DNA of 64,000 nucleotides, from the NCBI GenBank assembly GCA_041645165.1, contig JBAZQN010000007.1:8318-72317 (forward strand), given 5' to 3'. The notes under the pieces were generated by a model. It saw only the letters and a program-made list of their open reading frames with translations. It did not search any database and was not told the origin of the DNA. Each line of letters starts with the position of its first letter. Position 1 is the first letter of the stretch. Both the position numbers and the translations under genes were made by a program. Of this stretch, positions 45,876 to 55,232 are shown piece by piece. This DNA comes from Patescibacteria group bacterium (lineage in GTDB: Bacteria; Patescibacteriota; Patescibacteriia; 2-02-FULL-49-11).

Positions 45876-46154
45876 TTAATGGCAACAGCCGGAATCGCCT
45901 TTCCCCTCGCTGCCTGATTTCGGCCTTTCGTCCTCTTTGCGCGTGCCATGCGCGCCATGCCTCCGCATCCTGCCGAGATGGAAGGCGATGAGAACAATCG
46001 CGGGAATGAACCATACCCAGCTTCTCTCTCCGCCGGACGTGTTGATCCGGCCGCTAAAGAGCACGAGGAACATGGGCAGGAGAATGCACCCTGCCATCAT
46101 CCACCACATGTGTTTTGAATCATGGTTATTGTGATCGGAGTGCGACATACACAT
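45876..46154 (-). CDS. small His/Cys-rich membrane protein (DUF2933-like)
   Basis: MSHSDHNNHDSKHMWWMM..., a TM helix, and a C-terminal CCH. Confidence 0.35.
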   Translation of the reverse strand: MCMSHSDHNNHDSKHMWWMMAGCILLPMFLVLFSGRINTSGGERSWVWFIPAIVLIAFHLGRMRRHGAHGTRKEDERPKSGSEGKGDSGCCH

Positions 46155-46171
46155 AAATAAAAAGATAAATT

Positions 46172-46885
46172 TTATCTACTGCTAAATAGAGAACTTTTTA
46201 GTTCTGGTTTCCGTTGGGGAACCCATGCGGGCGTTGTTCGCGCGTAGGTTCCCCACGCTTCGCCGAACGTCAATCGTGCTTCTTCCTCTTCCTTTTTCGC
46301 CAAGCGCACATACCTCCAGGTCAGGATGGGAAACATGATCAACGTAAGAATCGTCGGCCATTGCAGGAGGAATCCCACCATAATCAAAATGAATGCGGTA
46401 TATTGAGGATGGCGTATGCGCGCGTACGGACCGGTCATTGCCAGCGCGTGTTCACGCTGCGCCTGATAGAGCACCTTCCACGCATCCGAGAGAAGACCGA
46501 AACCGATGAAGATGAGTATAATACTCACGATATGGAATGGTCCTATGTGAGGATTCGCGCGCCAGCCGAAGAGCGTTTCCAGGAGATGGCCTGAGTCGTG
46601 GGAAAAGAAGTTGACGCCAGGGAACCTGCTCGTGAGCCACCCTGAGAACAAGTAGATCGTGAGAGGAAAGCCGTACATCTCCGTAAACAGCGCGACGATG
46701 AATGCCGCGAATCCTCCCAAGGTGCGCCAGTCTCGCGAAGTTTTCGGTTTCACGAAACTCGCCGCGAAGGCAATCAGCAGGACGGAGGCGATGATAACGA
46801 GCGGCCATCTGCCATAGTCCTCGAATAGTGTATTCATGTGGGTTGAGATTATGTGTGTGGTTGCCGCGATAATGTCGACTCGCAT
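46172..46885 (-). CDS. ICMT/PEMT-family membrane methyltransferase
   Basis: RIRHPQYTAFILIMVGFLLQWPTIL and the C-terminal E...W pattern of isoprenylcysteine carboxyl methyltransferase-like proteins. Confidence 0.55.
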   Translation of the reverse strand: MRVDIIAATTHIISTHMNTLFEDYGRWPLVIIASVLLIAFAASFVKPKTSRDWRTLGGFAAFIVALFTEMYGFPLTIYLFSGWLTSRFPGVNFFSHDSGHLLETLFGWRANPHIGPFHIVSIILIFIGFGLLSDAWKVLYQAQREHALAMTGPYARIRHPQYTAFILIMVGFLLQWPTILTLIMFPILTWRYVRLAKKEEEEARLTFGEAWGTYARTTPAWVPQRKPELKSSLFSSR

Positions 46886-46923
46886 CGCCGCATAAATTCA
46901 GTGTTGATTTTTTAACTCAACGT

Positions 46924-47640
46924 CTACGAATAGAGATATTTGTACAAGAGCTGTGCTTGGTCAACGATTGCCTGAAATACGCTTACTTCATCTCCCAGAT
47001 CAGAATTCATCGTCTTCGGGAACACCAGATATCCTTGCACCGGCATCTCCTGATCGGTGGTGGGGATTACGCAGAGTTCGCCAATCTCGCGAACGTTCTT
47101 TTTTTGTTCTCTTGTCTGGATAAGTTCCCGATTGGAGACGCTTGTTTTGAGGAGCAGAAAATGTCGCGACGTATACACGAATTCTTTCACGGTTTGCTCG
47201 TGCGCGCTCTCCACAAACCTGAACATCCCCCACTCGGCCTTAGCGACCGACGTGACAGCTACGGCGAGCAACCGCTGAAACATGTCTTTTCGAGCCTTCT
47301 CGCTCCCTTTCTCGGTCGCAAGGAGATCGCTCGTGAGTTTCTTGAGAAGCGGCAGTCTGCGGTTCACCACGCCGATGTACTCAAACGCGTCAATGAGCTT
47401 TTCTTGGGTGATACGCCCCTCGTGCTCGATCTGCCGCACATGTTCTTCTTTTCGTTTCACATCGCGCCGATGGAGCACATATACTCCATAGGCGAGACCG
47501 AATGCCAGCAAGGACACGACTGACTCTGCGTATTCTTCTGGAAGGGCAAACACATGGCCGGTAATCACATGCGGCTCTCCCAAAATCACCAGAAACAATA
47601 TGAAAAATGCCATTTTCATGGTAAGAGTCATGGCCGTCAA
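46924..47640 (-). CDS. hypothetical membrane-anchored protein
   Basis: N-terminal TM followed by a soluble domain with no recognised motifs. Confidence 0.35.
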   Translation of the reverse strand: MTAMTLTMKMAFFILFLVILGEPHVITGHVFALPEEYAESVVSLLAFGLAYGVYVLHRRDVKRKEEHVRQIEHEGRITQEKLIDAFEYIGVVNRRLPLLKKLTSDLLATEKGSEKARKDMFQRLLAVAVTSVAKAEWGMFRFVESAHEQTVKEFVYTSRHFLLLKTSVSNRELIQTREQKKNVREIGELCVIPTTDQEMPVQGYLVFPKTMNSDLGDEVSVFQAIVDQAQLLYKYLYS

Positions 47641-47642
47641 TA

Positions 47643-48032
47643 TTAAAGAGCGTCAATCACACCCTTGAGGATCGTCTCAACTTCTTGGGCAAGCGGCTCC
47701 AGCGATACATTGTTAATAACGCTAAACGCAATAGTCGGACGCTGTGCAGATACGACCACTGAACCATCATCCCGTTCATAGACGATCACGTTGCAGGGCA
47801 GGAGCAGTCCGATTTCTTCTTCCCTCTGCAGCGCCTTATATGCCCTAGGCGGATTGCATGCGCCCAAGATGCGATAGCGCCTAAACTCAACGCCAAGTTT
47901 TTCCTTTAAGGTCTTCTGCACGTCAATGTCCGTGAGTATGCCGAATCCTTGCGCCTTGAGCGCCGTGACTGTTTTCTCAACCGCTTCCTCAAAAGGAATG
48001 GTAAGGTGCTTTGAGTATCCGTAAGTAGACAT
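47643..48032 (-). CDS. DUF302 domain protein
   Basis: GFGILTDIDVQKTLKEKLG...YRILGACNPPRAY fits the DUF302 consensus. Confidence 0.65.
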   Translation of the reverse strand: MSTYGYSKHLTIPFEEAVEKTVTALKAQGFGILTDIDVQKTLKEKLGVEFRRYRILGACNPPRAYKALQREEEIGLLLPCNVIVYERDDGSVVVSAQRPTIAFSVINNVSLEPLAQEVETILKGVIDAL

Positions 48033-48039
48033 AGGATTA

Positions 48040-48264
48040 TTAGTTAATCTCTTTCTTTATTTTCTCGAATTCCTCTCTTGTGATTTCTCCCTTTGCATAC
48101 CGCTCTTTCAGAATATCAAGCGCTGGTTTCCCTTGCGGCTGACCCCTTCCGCTCATCTCACGGATAAGCCAGGCAATCAGGAGAACCACCCCTCCCCAGA
48201 AGAGGAGCATCATGACGCCGCCCATAAACCACCCAAACATATTACCGGCTGCATAGTTCCACAT
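48040..48264 (-). CDS. SHOCT-domain small membrane protein
   Basis: TM helix plus C-terminal LKERYAKGEITREEFEKIKKEI (SHOCT motif). Confidence 0.6.
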   Translation of the reverse strand: MWNYAAGNMFGWFMGGVMMLLFWGGVVLLIAWLIREMSGRGQPQGKPALDILKERYAKGEITREEFEKIKKEIN

Positions 48265-48352
48265 AAGAAATTGAATAAATTAAATAAAACAAAAATACGC
48301 CTCTATAACTGCGAGGGCAAAGCCTTTCTATAAACTTATAGAAAGGTTGCCT

Positions 48353-48784
48353 CTATATGGAAGCGTATACGCGGGGATTGAGCACCCCGCCGGCATAAGC
48401 GCGCACGAGATACGAATACCACTTGGAGTCTCTCACGAAACGTTCATAGAGCAAGAACCGCCTACTAGGAGGGCTCTCCGCAACCATCGGCGTAAGGTGC
48501 CACACGACGATTGCGATGAACATGGTGAGGCTCATCAAGAGCAGGGTCACCCACAGAGGGGCGCTCGCGAATAACGCGCGCCACTCCATGAGGTGGCTGC
48601 CCACATTCATGGGACAGAAAGATGACTTATGCTGCGGCGCAAAGGGGCACCCTGACATGCCCTGCTCGTCCATGCGCATGGTGAGATTTGCTCCTACGGA
48701 AACCAACACAAGCGCCAGCGCCGCTCCCGCAACCAACAGGCGAAATGCACTGTGTTTTTGAACCGATAATTTCATAATCCTCAT
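48353..48784 (-). CDS. hypothetical membrane protein
   Basis: Signal/TM segments. Paired Cys (CPFAPQHKSSFCPM). No family assignment. Confidence 0.35.
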   Translation of the reverse strand: MRIMKLSVQKHSAFRLLVAGAALALVLVSVGANLTMRMDEQGMSGCPFAPQHKSSFCPMNVGSHLMEWRALFASAPLWVTLLLMSLTMFIAIVVWHLTPMVAESPPSRRFLLYERFVRDSKWYSYLVRAYAGGVLNPRVYASI

Positions 48785-48978
48785 TGTGTAACAATTTGGC
48801 AGTTTAACAGTTTAGCAGTTTAAACAACTTAGGGCGCTTAAAAAAATAACATTTCTATTAACTACAAGGTTTGGCCTTGTTTTCCGGAACTATAATGTCA
48901 ATAGGTTGGATATGTTATTTTTTTACGGCGCCTTAGCCATTTAACCATTAATATTAAACAACAATTAAAGTGCAGAAA

Positions 48979-49293
48979 TTATAGCACAGTTCTCTTTTTC
49001 TTGCCAACACCCATGCGCGTAAGCATAGCGCGGTAACCACCCATCCCACTTTTTAGCCAGTGCGCCACGCGCACCACCGTGGAGGTAGACAGTCCTGTCT
49101 TTTTCGCCACCTCGCGGTAGGTCTCCCCTTCTGCCAGCAGATTCACCGCCTGCCAGCGCTTGCTGAATTCCCTGATTTCTTCAAGGGTCAGAAGGTCCCT
49201 GAAAAAACGTTCGGCTTCGCTCAAGTCTTTGAGCTTCAGCACTGCCCTGCACAGGGATCTGGTATGTTCATTCGTCCATGGATACGGAGCCAT
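48979..49293 (-). CDS. YerC/YecD (TrpR-like) family protein, second paralog
   Basis: LTLEEIREFSKRWQAVNLL...VAKKTGLSTSTVVRVAHWL, closely parallel to 29064-29348. Confidence 0.65.
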   Translation of the reverse strand: MAPYPWTNEHTRSLCRAVLKLKDLSEAERFFRDLLTLEEIREFSKRWQAVNLLAEGETYREVAKKTGLSTSTVVRVAHWLKSGMGGYRAMLTRMGVGKKKRTVL

Positions 49294-49329
49294 AAAACAG
49301 CTAACTATAGAATATATGTCGTTTGAAAA

Positions 49330-50523
49330 TCAATCAAATGTAGCCAGAACTTGAGGCCAATCGCGCCAGCCGAGCACGGAAGCGGCCTGGCGCTTCTGCG
49401 TTTGTTCTCCCCCATACACAATATACGACGAAGCGGCCTGCTTGGATATGGCACGGTAATACGCAATCCCGTCAAAAAATTCTGATGCTACGGTCTGGCC
49501 GGATTTGATTTCAATCGGCAGTAACCCTCCATGACGCTCAATAACCAGGTCAACTTCGTGGCCGGTTTTGTCCCTCCAAAAAAACGCCCGAGGCACAAGC
49601 CCGCGGTGAAAACGGTGCTTTAACCACTCCGCGATCACCATTGATTCAAAAATCCCTCCTCTCAAGTAATGGCTTTTGAGTTGACTGGCCTGTGTAATAT
49701 GGAGAAGGGCGCACAACACGCCCGTATCATAAAAATAAATTTTTGGCGTTTTCACCACCCGTTTATTAAAATTCCTGTGATGCGGCTGCAATAAGAAAAT
49801 AATGAAGCTCGCTTCCAGGATGGAGAGCCACGCCTTCACGGTTGCCTGATTAATGCCGCAATCGTTGCCAAGCGAGGTGATATTAAGGAGTTGGCCAACC
49901 CGTGCCGCTACGAGCTGTAAAAATTTTCTAAAAGTGCTGAGGTTTTCGATATTTTTAATCAGCCGCACGTCGCGCTCCACATAGGTCTGAATATAATTTT
50001 GGTAATAACTGGATGCGTCCATCTTTTGATCAAATAGCTTAGGGTAGAATCCCTTCAATAGTACTTCCTCAATCGTTATCCGAGTAAACCCCTTATACGC
50101 TTCGGCCAATTCTTCAAGCGCAAGCGGCAGCAAATGCGCGATGGCAACCCGGCCGGCAAGCGACTGGGTAATGCCTTCCAGCAATAAAAAATTCTGTGAG
50201 CCGGTCAAAATATACTGGCCGTTCTTGCGTGTTTCGTCCGCGATTGTTTGCAAGAGGGAAAAAAGCTTAGGCACCCGCTGCGCTTCATCAATCACCGCCC
50301 CGTCCGCATACTGGCCAAGCAGGCCTTTCGGATCCTTTTCAGCAAACTCCCTCGTTTCCAGATCTTCAAGGTTGAGGTAAGGTTTAGTGGGGAAAAGGGA
50401 TCTGACGAGGGTAGTTTTGCCAGACTGTCGAGGACCTGTCACGGCAACGACCGGATAGTGTCGAGTGTATTCTTTAATTTTTTTCGCTAGGGTTCTCTTA
50501 ATCATGTTATTATGATACTCCAC
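49330..50523 (-). CDS. AAA+ ATPase (AAA_14 plus DUF4143 family)
   Basis: Walker A GPRQSGKTT, Walker B AVIDEAQ, and a C-terminal DUF4143-like region. Confidence 0.75.
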   Translation of the reverse strand: MEYHNNMIKRTLAKKIKEYTRHYPVVAVTGPRQSGKTTLVRSLFPTKPYLNLEDLETREFAEKDPKGLLGQYADGAVIDEAQRVPKLFSLLQTIADETRKNGQYILTGSQNFLLLEGITQSLAGRVAIAHLLPLALEELAEAYKGFTRITIEEVLLKGFYPKLFDQKMDASSYYQNYIQTYVERDVRLIKNIENLSTFRKFLQLVAARVGQLLNITSLGNDCGINQATVKAWLSILEASFIIFLLQPHHRNFNKRVVKTPKIYFYDTGVLCALLHITQASQLKSHYLRGGIFESMVIAEWLKHRFHRGLVPRAFFWRDKTGHEVDLVIERHGGLLPIEIKSGQTVASEFFDGIAYYRAISKQAASSYIVYGGEQTQKRQAASVLGWRDWPQVLATFD

Positions 50524-50569
50524 TTGGACAAATCTGTCAATTGAGTATAAGATTTGTCAAAACGCACGT

Positions 50570-50722
50570 GAAGCTCCACGGCTTTACCGCCGTGGCATCT
50601 TCACGTTCTTCGGCGGAACCCGCCGAAGCGTATCCGCCTTCGCTTGAAGGCTACGGCGGATTACCCGCATCGCATTCATCCACCCCGCCATGGCGGGGTG
50701 GCTTTCTGCGGAGGCGGGTAAA
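50570..50722. repeat. ~155-nt hairpin-rich element, copy 2 of the family seen at 14046-14215 (candidate ncRNA or MITE)
   Basis: gaagctccacggctttaccgccgtgg ... cccgcatcgcattcatccaccccgccatggcggggtgg ctttctgcggaggcgggtaaa. Every stem is complementary within the copy, and the stems differ from copy 1 by paired changes. Confidence 0.6.
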
Positions 50723-50907
50723 ATTTACCATCAGAGGCCTTCATTTTCAGTTGGTCACATTTTGTGACTAGTGCCGTAACAATTTAATTATGCCATATCA
50801 CTGGCGTGTTTTGAGCAGTATTTACAGGGAGATTTGGCACTATGCATGTTGCGAAACTTAATTGTTACGGTACTAGGCCGCAAACCGCGGCGCCCTCCCC
50901 TTTCTCG

Positions 50908-51639
50908 CTATTTTTCCCCAAGAAAGCTTACGATTTTCTGCTCAAGGATTTTACGGAAATCTTTAAGATGCATGACATGGCTTGCGGGTAAAAATTCCCG
51001 AAGTTCGCCGCGGAAATTGATCTTGGATTTCTTCAATAAAGCAAGAACTTGAGTGAGATCGTCTTTTTCCTTCACCAATGGATAGTTTCCCGAAAGCAAA
51101 AAGAAATAATCGTAAAAATCCCTTGGTTTATGACGATTGATAAGTGCTTTCATTTTACCTTTAATGATTTCTTCTTTCGGTAAATGGACAAGGGTATAGG
51201 GCTGAATATAGTCATTTTCAATCAGCGTTCTGACGCCCCTAATCCAATTGTCATTGCGCAGAGAAACCTCAAAATAAATTTCAGTGATTTTATCGTAGGC
51301 GCTAAATTCAAATATGCCCAAGTATCCTCCGGTTGTGTATTTCCCTTCTTTGAGGGAAACGTGGATACCGGTCTTCTCGATATTGGCCAAGGTATTGATA
51401 AAAAGTTTCTCAACTTTATGTTTGGCAATTTTCACACCGGTAAAATCAAGATCTTCTGAAAAACGAGGACTATGGAAAACAATCCGCAAAGCTGTGCCGC
51501 CCTTGAAGAGCAGACGATCCGCATCGGGCAATTGGTAAAGATACGACAAAAACAAGTGCTGGCAATATTCTCGAACGACATTTCCGAGTTTAGTTTGCGT
51601 GTGATCAGTAAATTTTTGGAGGTTTGCGCGTGTCAACAT
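50908..51639 (-). CDS. AbiEii/AbiGii-family nucleotidyltransferase toxin (type IV TA)
   Basis: GGTALRIVFHSPRFSEDLDFT is the DUF1814/AbiEii signature. Confidence 0.7.
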   Translation of the reverse strand: MLTRANLQKFTDHTQTKLGNVVREYCQHLFLSYLYQLPDADRLLFKGGTALRIVFHSPRFSEDLDFTGVKIAKHKVEKLFINTLANIEKTGIHVSLKEGKYTTGGYLGIFEFSAYDKITEIYFEVSLRNDNWIRGVRTLIENDYIQPYTLVHLPKEEIIKGKMKALINRHKPRDFYDYFFLLSGNYPLVKEKDDLTQVLALLKKSKINFRGELREFLPASHVMHLKDFRKILEQKIVSFLGEK

Positions 51640-52231
51640 ACATTTGCTTGATACGCTTTAACATACCCGGCCTCTTGAACAGTTTTGCATATTCAATCAG
51701 TTTCGGCCTGTCAATGTTCCGCAGTTTCAAACGATCATTCAGGGACACTTTTTTGAGATCAACAAAATACAGATAATCAGCCAGCGCCTTTTCCGGCTCG
51801 GCAATCAAAACTTTATAACGATCGACTTCCCGTAATTCATAACCGGTGAATGCCTCGGTTTTAATATGACGATAAGTGAAATTCCCGATTGGCGTTTCAA
51901 ATTCCCTGGAAGTTTTAGTGGTTATTGAAGTATTTCCATACACCACTTCTGGAATAATTTTATAATAAGATAGCGCCGTTTCCAGCGAGACATAAGATGG
52001 CTGATAAAGCTTGTTCGCGATAAAAAAGTAATCCGGGTGGCTGTCTTTAATTGTATAAAAATTATTGCGCAACTTTACAAAAAGACCGCTCGTTAAATTC
52101 GAGGAAATAAAATTAGCCGCTCTTTTCAAGGACACATTGAAAACGCCCTTGAATTCTTGTGGAGTAAACACCTCTAATCCTATTTTTTTAAGTTTTTCTT
52201 CCACTTCTATACGTTTCAGTTTTAGTGCCAT
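51605..52231 (-). CDS. AbiEi-like antitoxin / transcriptional regulator
   Basis: It is immediately upstream of and overlaps the AbiEii gene. Length and composition are typical of AbiEi. Confidence 0.6.
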   Translation of the reverse strand: MALKLKRIEVEEKLKKIGLEVFTPQEFKGVFNVSLKRAANFISSNLTSGLFVKLRNNFYTIKDSHPDYFFIANKLYQPSYVSLETALSYYKIIPEVVYGNTSITTKTSREFETPIGNFTYRHIKTEAFTGYELREVDRYKVLIAEPEKALADYLYFVDLKKVSLNDRLKLRNIDRPKLIEYAKLFKRPGMLKRIKQMYVDTRKPPKIY

Positions 52232-52760
52232 ATACCAGTAAAAATGAATTGACTACCTTCATTGTAGTCTATGGCGAAATCCATGTCAAACATATATAGA
52301 GGAGTGGCGCGGAATGCACCCCTCTCACACACTCCTGCTTATTATATTTTAATTCGCGCGAATTAGAATATATAAGAATGGTCCCATTTATATCAGTTTT
52401 CTCGTGTAGCCTGTAAGAATGTTCAAAAAAACAAAACGGGCGATAATAGCTCTATGAGCATATTCCGCCCGTTGCCGCAAATAGTATTTACTATTAAAAC
52501 TGGAAGTGAAGACCCAGCTGCTGCTGATAACCAGCGATTCTTGCGCTCAATGCAACGAATCGCCCCAGAAGTGAGTTCATGTTCGGCATGATGATAACGC
52601 CGGCTAAGAGGATGACGATCAAATATTTTTTCATAAGAGTCTGCGCCTTGTGGGGAATACCTCGACCTTTGATCCCCTCCATTGATTCCATTACACCATA
52701 CCGCGGCAATTCCGCATCAGGGGGAAAACTGACTCAATTCCTCCCTGCAAAAAGGATCTG

Positions 52761-55136
52761 TCAGAGTTTCTCAAAATCCTTTTCCGAAATTCCGAGCCCG
52801 AGATTCCTCATCACGCTATAGGCGTCTGCGGCGCGGCCGAGGAAATAGCGCTTACCGTCTTTGGGGTTGATATACCACGCCTCTCCCCTGCTCTCTACCT
52901 GCAGAAATATCTTGCCCTTATGCTTATTGGCAAACGCGATATCAGTGCGCACCTTAGCGGTGCCATGCACCGTGGGCGCGCTTCCTTGCTCGATCTCTTG
53001 CTTATCGCCCATGCCGTCGCCATCCGTATCGGCTTTCGCCTTATCCGTTCCCAGCGCGTCTTCGAGCAGATCCGACAATCCATCTTTATCTGCATCCTCC
53101 CCTGCCATCTGCACGAGCCCCACGGGAATTTTTGACAAATCAACTGTCTTTACGCCAACCCCCTGCTGGCGCATAATCGCATACGCATCATCCGCACGGC
53201 CTAAGTAATACGCGGTCGTGTCCCGCACGCTAAAATACCAGGCTTCACCATGTTTCTCGACCTGGAGAACAATTCTCCCCAAAAGCGACCTCCCCTTGCT
53301 GCTGGAAATTTTCTTTGAGGACAAGGGCGCAGAAGACGATTGAGGCTGGAGGTTCTGCGACAGTGATGGCGCGGGTGACGGAGCGGCTGAAGAGGAGGGG
53401 GTCGCCGCAGGAGGAGCAGCTACCGGCCTGCCGAGCGAGAGCCCGGCAAGCACCTCACGCTCAAACTGCGCGACAAGATCGTCAAATTTCTTCTGATCGC
53501 TGCCGTACCACTCAAACATGACAACCATCACGCGATCCTTCTCTCGTATGCGATAACCGGCGCCAAACCATTCAGCGGTGTTCCCCGTTTCTTCATTTTC
53601 GAAACGGTATCGGTAGTGGATGCCATCCGGCACCTCGCCGTTCACACGGTAATGAAATGATGACTGATAACGTTTGGGAGTGTAGAGAGACGCGACGGTA
53701 AAATCGCTGGCAATGATATTCTTAATAGAATCAAAATACTGTTCATTTGTCGCGTTTTCTACGCTTGAGGTTTGTTCCACAAGATACACGCCCCAGCCTA
53801 ACTCCGGTATGTCCTGATTTTGGCCGCTCGCCGGATGGCCGGAATGGTTAAGCGGCTTGAGCACCCATGGCTTGGGTACGGTAATCGTAAAGTGAGGTTT
53901 CGCGTGTTCGTAATACCGCTGTTCTGTAAAAGGAGCGCCATCATCCTTCAACACAAGCGTTTTGAACATGCTGTCAATCTTGTCTTTATCTTTCTTGTTT
54001 TTGCCTTCATACCAGGTGAGCGTGACAATGTATTGCTTACTTGGGAATAGGGCGGTATATAACTCCCCTTCCGACACTTGTTTTGCGAAACGTTTGCCGG
54101 TCTTTCCGCTCACCACCATATCCCCCTGTTGAATAAGAGAAGAGATCTTCTGGAGTATGTTAGCACTTACTTCCAGGATATGCGGCGTGATGAGAAGCTC
54201 CGTAGGCGCCCAAGATGCACTCAAAAATCCACCGTCGGGATCGTCATTTTCCACGCCTATGGCGTTCTCGTCATCGTGAAAAAATTTCCAGCCATCCGGT
54301 TTCGTCATCTTAAGATAAGGGATAGTGCTGGTAAACACGTTGATATTTTTCAGCCCCACTTGCTCCCTGATAAGCGCATCTATCCTGCCCTGCAAAGGTG
54401 AAACGCTTGTGGACTTCTGGTATGCCTTCAAGAGCCACGGTTCTACCGTTGCCATGCTAATGGCGTATCCAAGGCTTCCCGTGTAATCAGAATGCGCTTC
54501 CGAAGTGATGCCGATAAGTTCTCCGCTCACATTCACGAGTGCGCCGCCGGATGATCCAAAGGAAATCACGGCGCCGGTTTTTATCCACGATTTTTGATAT
54601 TTTTCTAACGTGCCCGCGACCGTATCCACGCTTGCGGTAATGGTCTTCCCTCCAATGCTGGGGTACCCGAGCGCGAGCACCTCGTCGCCGGTTTTCACTG
54701 ACGCGTGCGTGCCGCGATTATAATAATCAAACTGGGTGATGCGGCTAAGACCCTCCACGTTGCGGATTTTCAAGAGCGCGAGATCAAGCTCCTTATTTTT
54801 GTCGATCACGTGGGCGGAATAACTGCAGTCCGGCTCCTCGGTGAGCGATGTGGTAAGGCATACGATGTACGCGGTTGCGAGGGGCTCCCGGAACCGATCC
54901 TCGCTGTGGATGACGTGGTAATTGGTGAGCATGTCGCCCTGGTTATTGATGATAACTCCCGAACCATAGCCCACGAGGACGAGATTGCGATAATTATCCT
55001 CAATGTAAGTCTTGATTTTTACCACAGCCTTATGCGCGTCATCCGCGTTCACCGCCGCGCGTGCGGGCATAGCGGTGCTGACAACAAACAAGATTGCAGC
55101 CATGATAATGACAAATGTTCGGGAAATGGTATACAT
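52761..55136 (-). CDS. secreted trypsin-like (S1C/HtrA-family) serine protease with a Pro/Ser-rich linker, TSP3-like calcium-binding repeats and two ~45-aa C-terminal modules
   Basis: Catalytic triad contexts TNYHVI, D, GSSGGALVN. DTDGDGMGD / DADKDGLSD repeats. The duplicated LQVE(K/S)(H/R)GEAWY...YFLGRA(D/A)DAY modules. Confidence 0.7.
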   Translation of the reverse strand: MYTISRTFVIIMAAILFVVSTAMPARAAVNADDAHKAVVKIKTYIEDNYRNLVLVGYGSGVIINNQGDMLTNYHVIHSEDRFREPLATAYIVCLTTSLTEEPDCSYSAHVIDKNKELDLALLKIRNVEGLSRITQFDYYNRGTHASVKTGDEVLALGYPSIGGKTITASVDTVAGTLEKYQKSWIKTGAVISFGSSGGALVNVSGELIGITSEAHSDYTGSLGYAISMATVEPWLLKAYQKSTSVSPLQGRIDALIREQVGLKNINVFTSTIPYLKMTKPDGWKFFHDDENAIGVENDDPDGGFLSASWAPTELLITPHILEVSANILQKISSLIQQGDMVVSGKTGKRFAKQVSEGELYTALFPSKQYIVTLTWYEGKNKKDKDKIDSMFKTLVLKDDGAPFTEQRYYEHAKPHFTITVPKPWVLKPLNHSGHPASGQNQDIPELGWGVYLVEQTSSVENATNEQYFDSIKNIIASDFTVASLYTPKRYQSSFHYRVNGEVPDGIHYRYRFENEETGNTAEWFGAGYRIREKDRVMVVMFEWYGSDQKKFDDLVAQFEREVLAGLSLGRPVAAPPAATPSSSAAPSPAPSLSQNLQPQSSSAPLSSKKISSSKGRSLLGRIVLQVEKHGEAWYFSVRDTTAYYLGRADDAYAIMRQQGVGVKTVDLSKIPVGLVQMAGEDADKDGLSDLLEDALGTDKAKADTDGDGMGDKQEIEQGSAPTVHGTAKVRTDIAFANKHKGKIFLQVESRGEAWYINPKDGKRYFLGRAADAYSVMRNLGLGISEKDFEKL

Positions 55137-55232
55137 AAAATTCGCGATTAATAATAAAGCCCCTATGCTTAAAATGTTCAGATCGACGTGTCAAGTGTCC
55201 GTAGACTTGGCATCTATGAAATTATAATAAAC

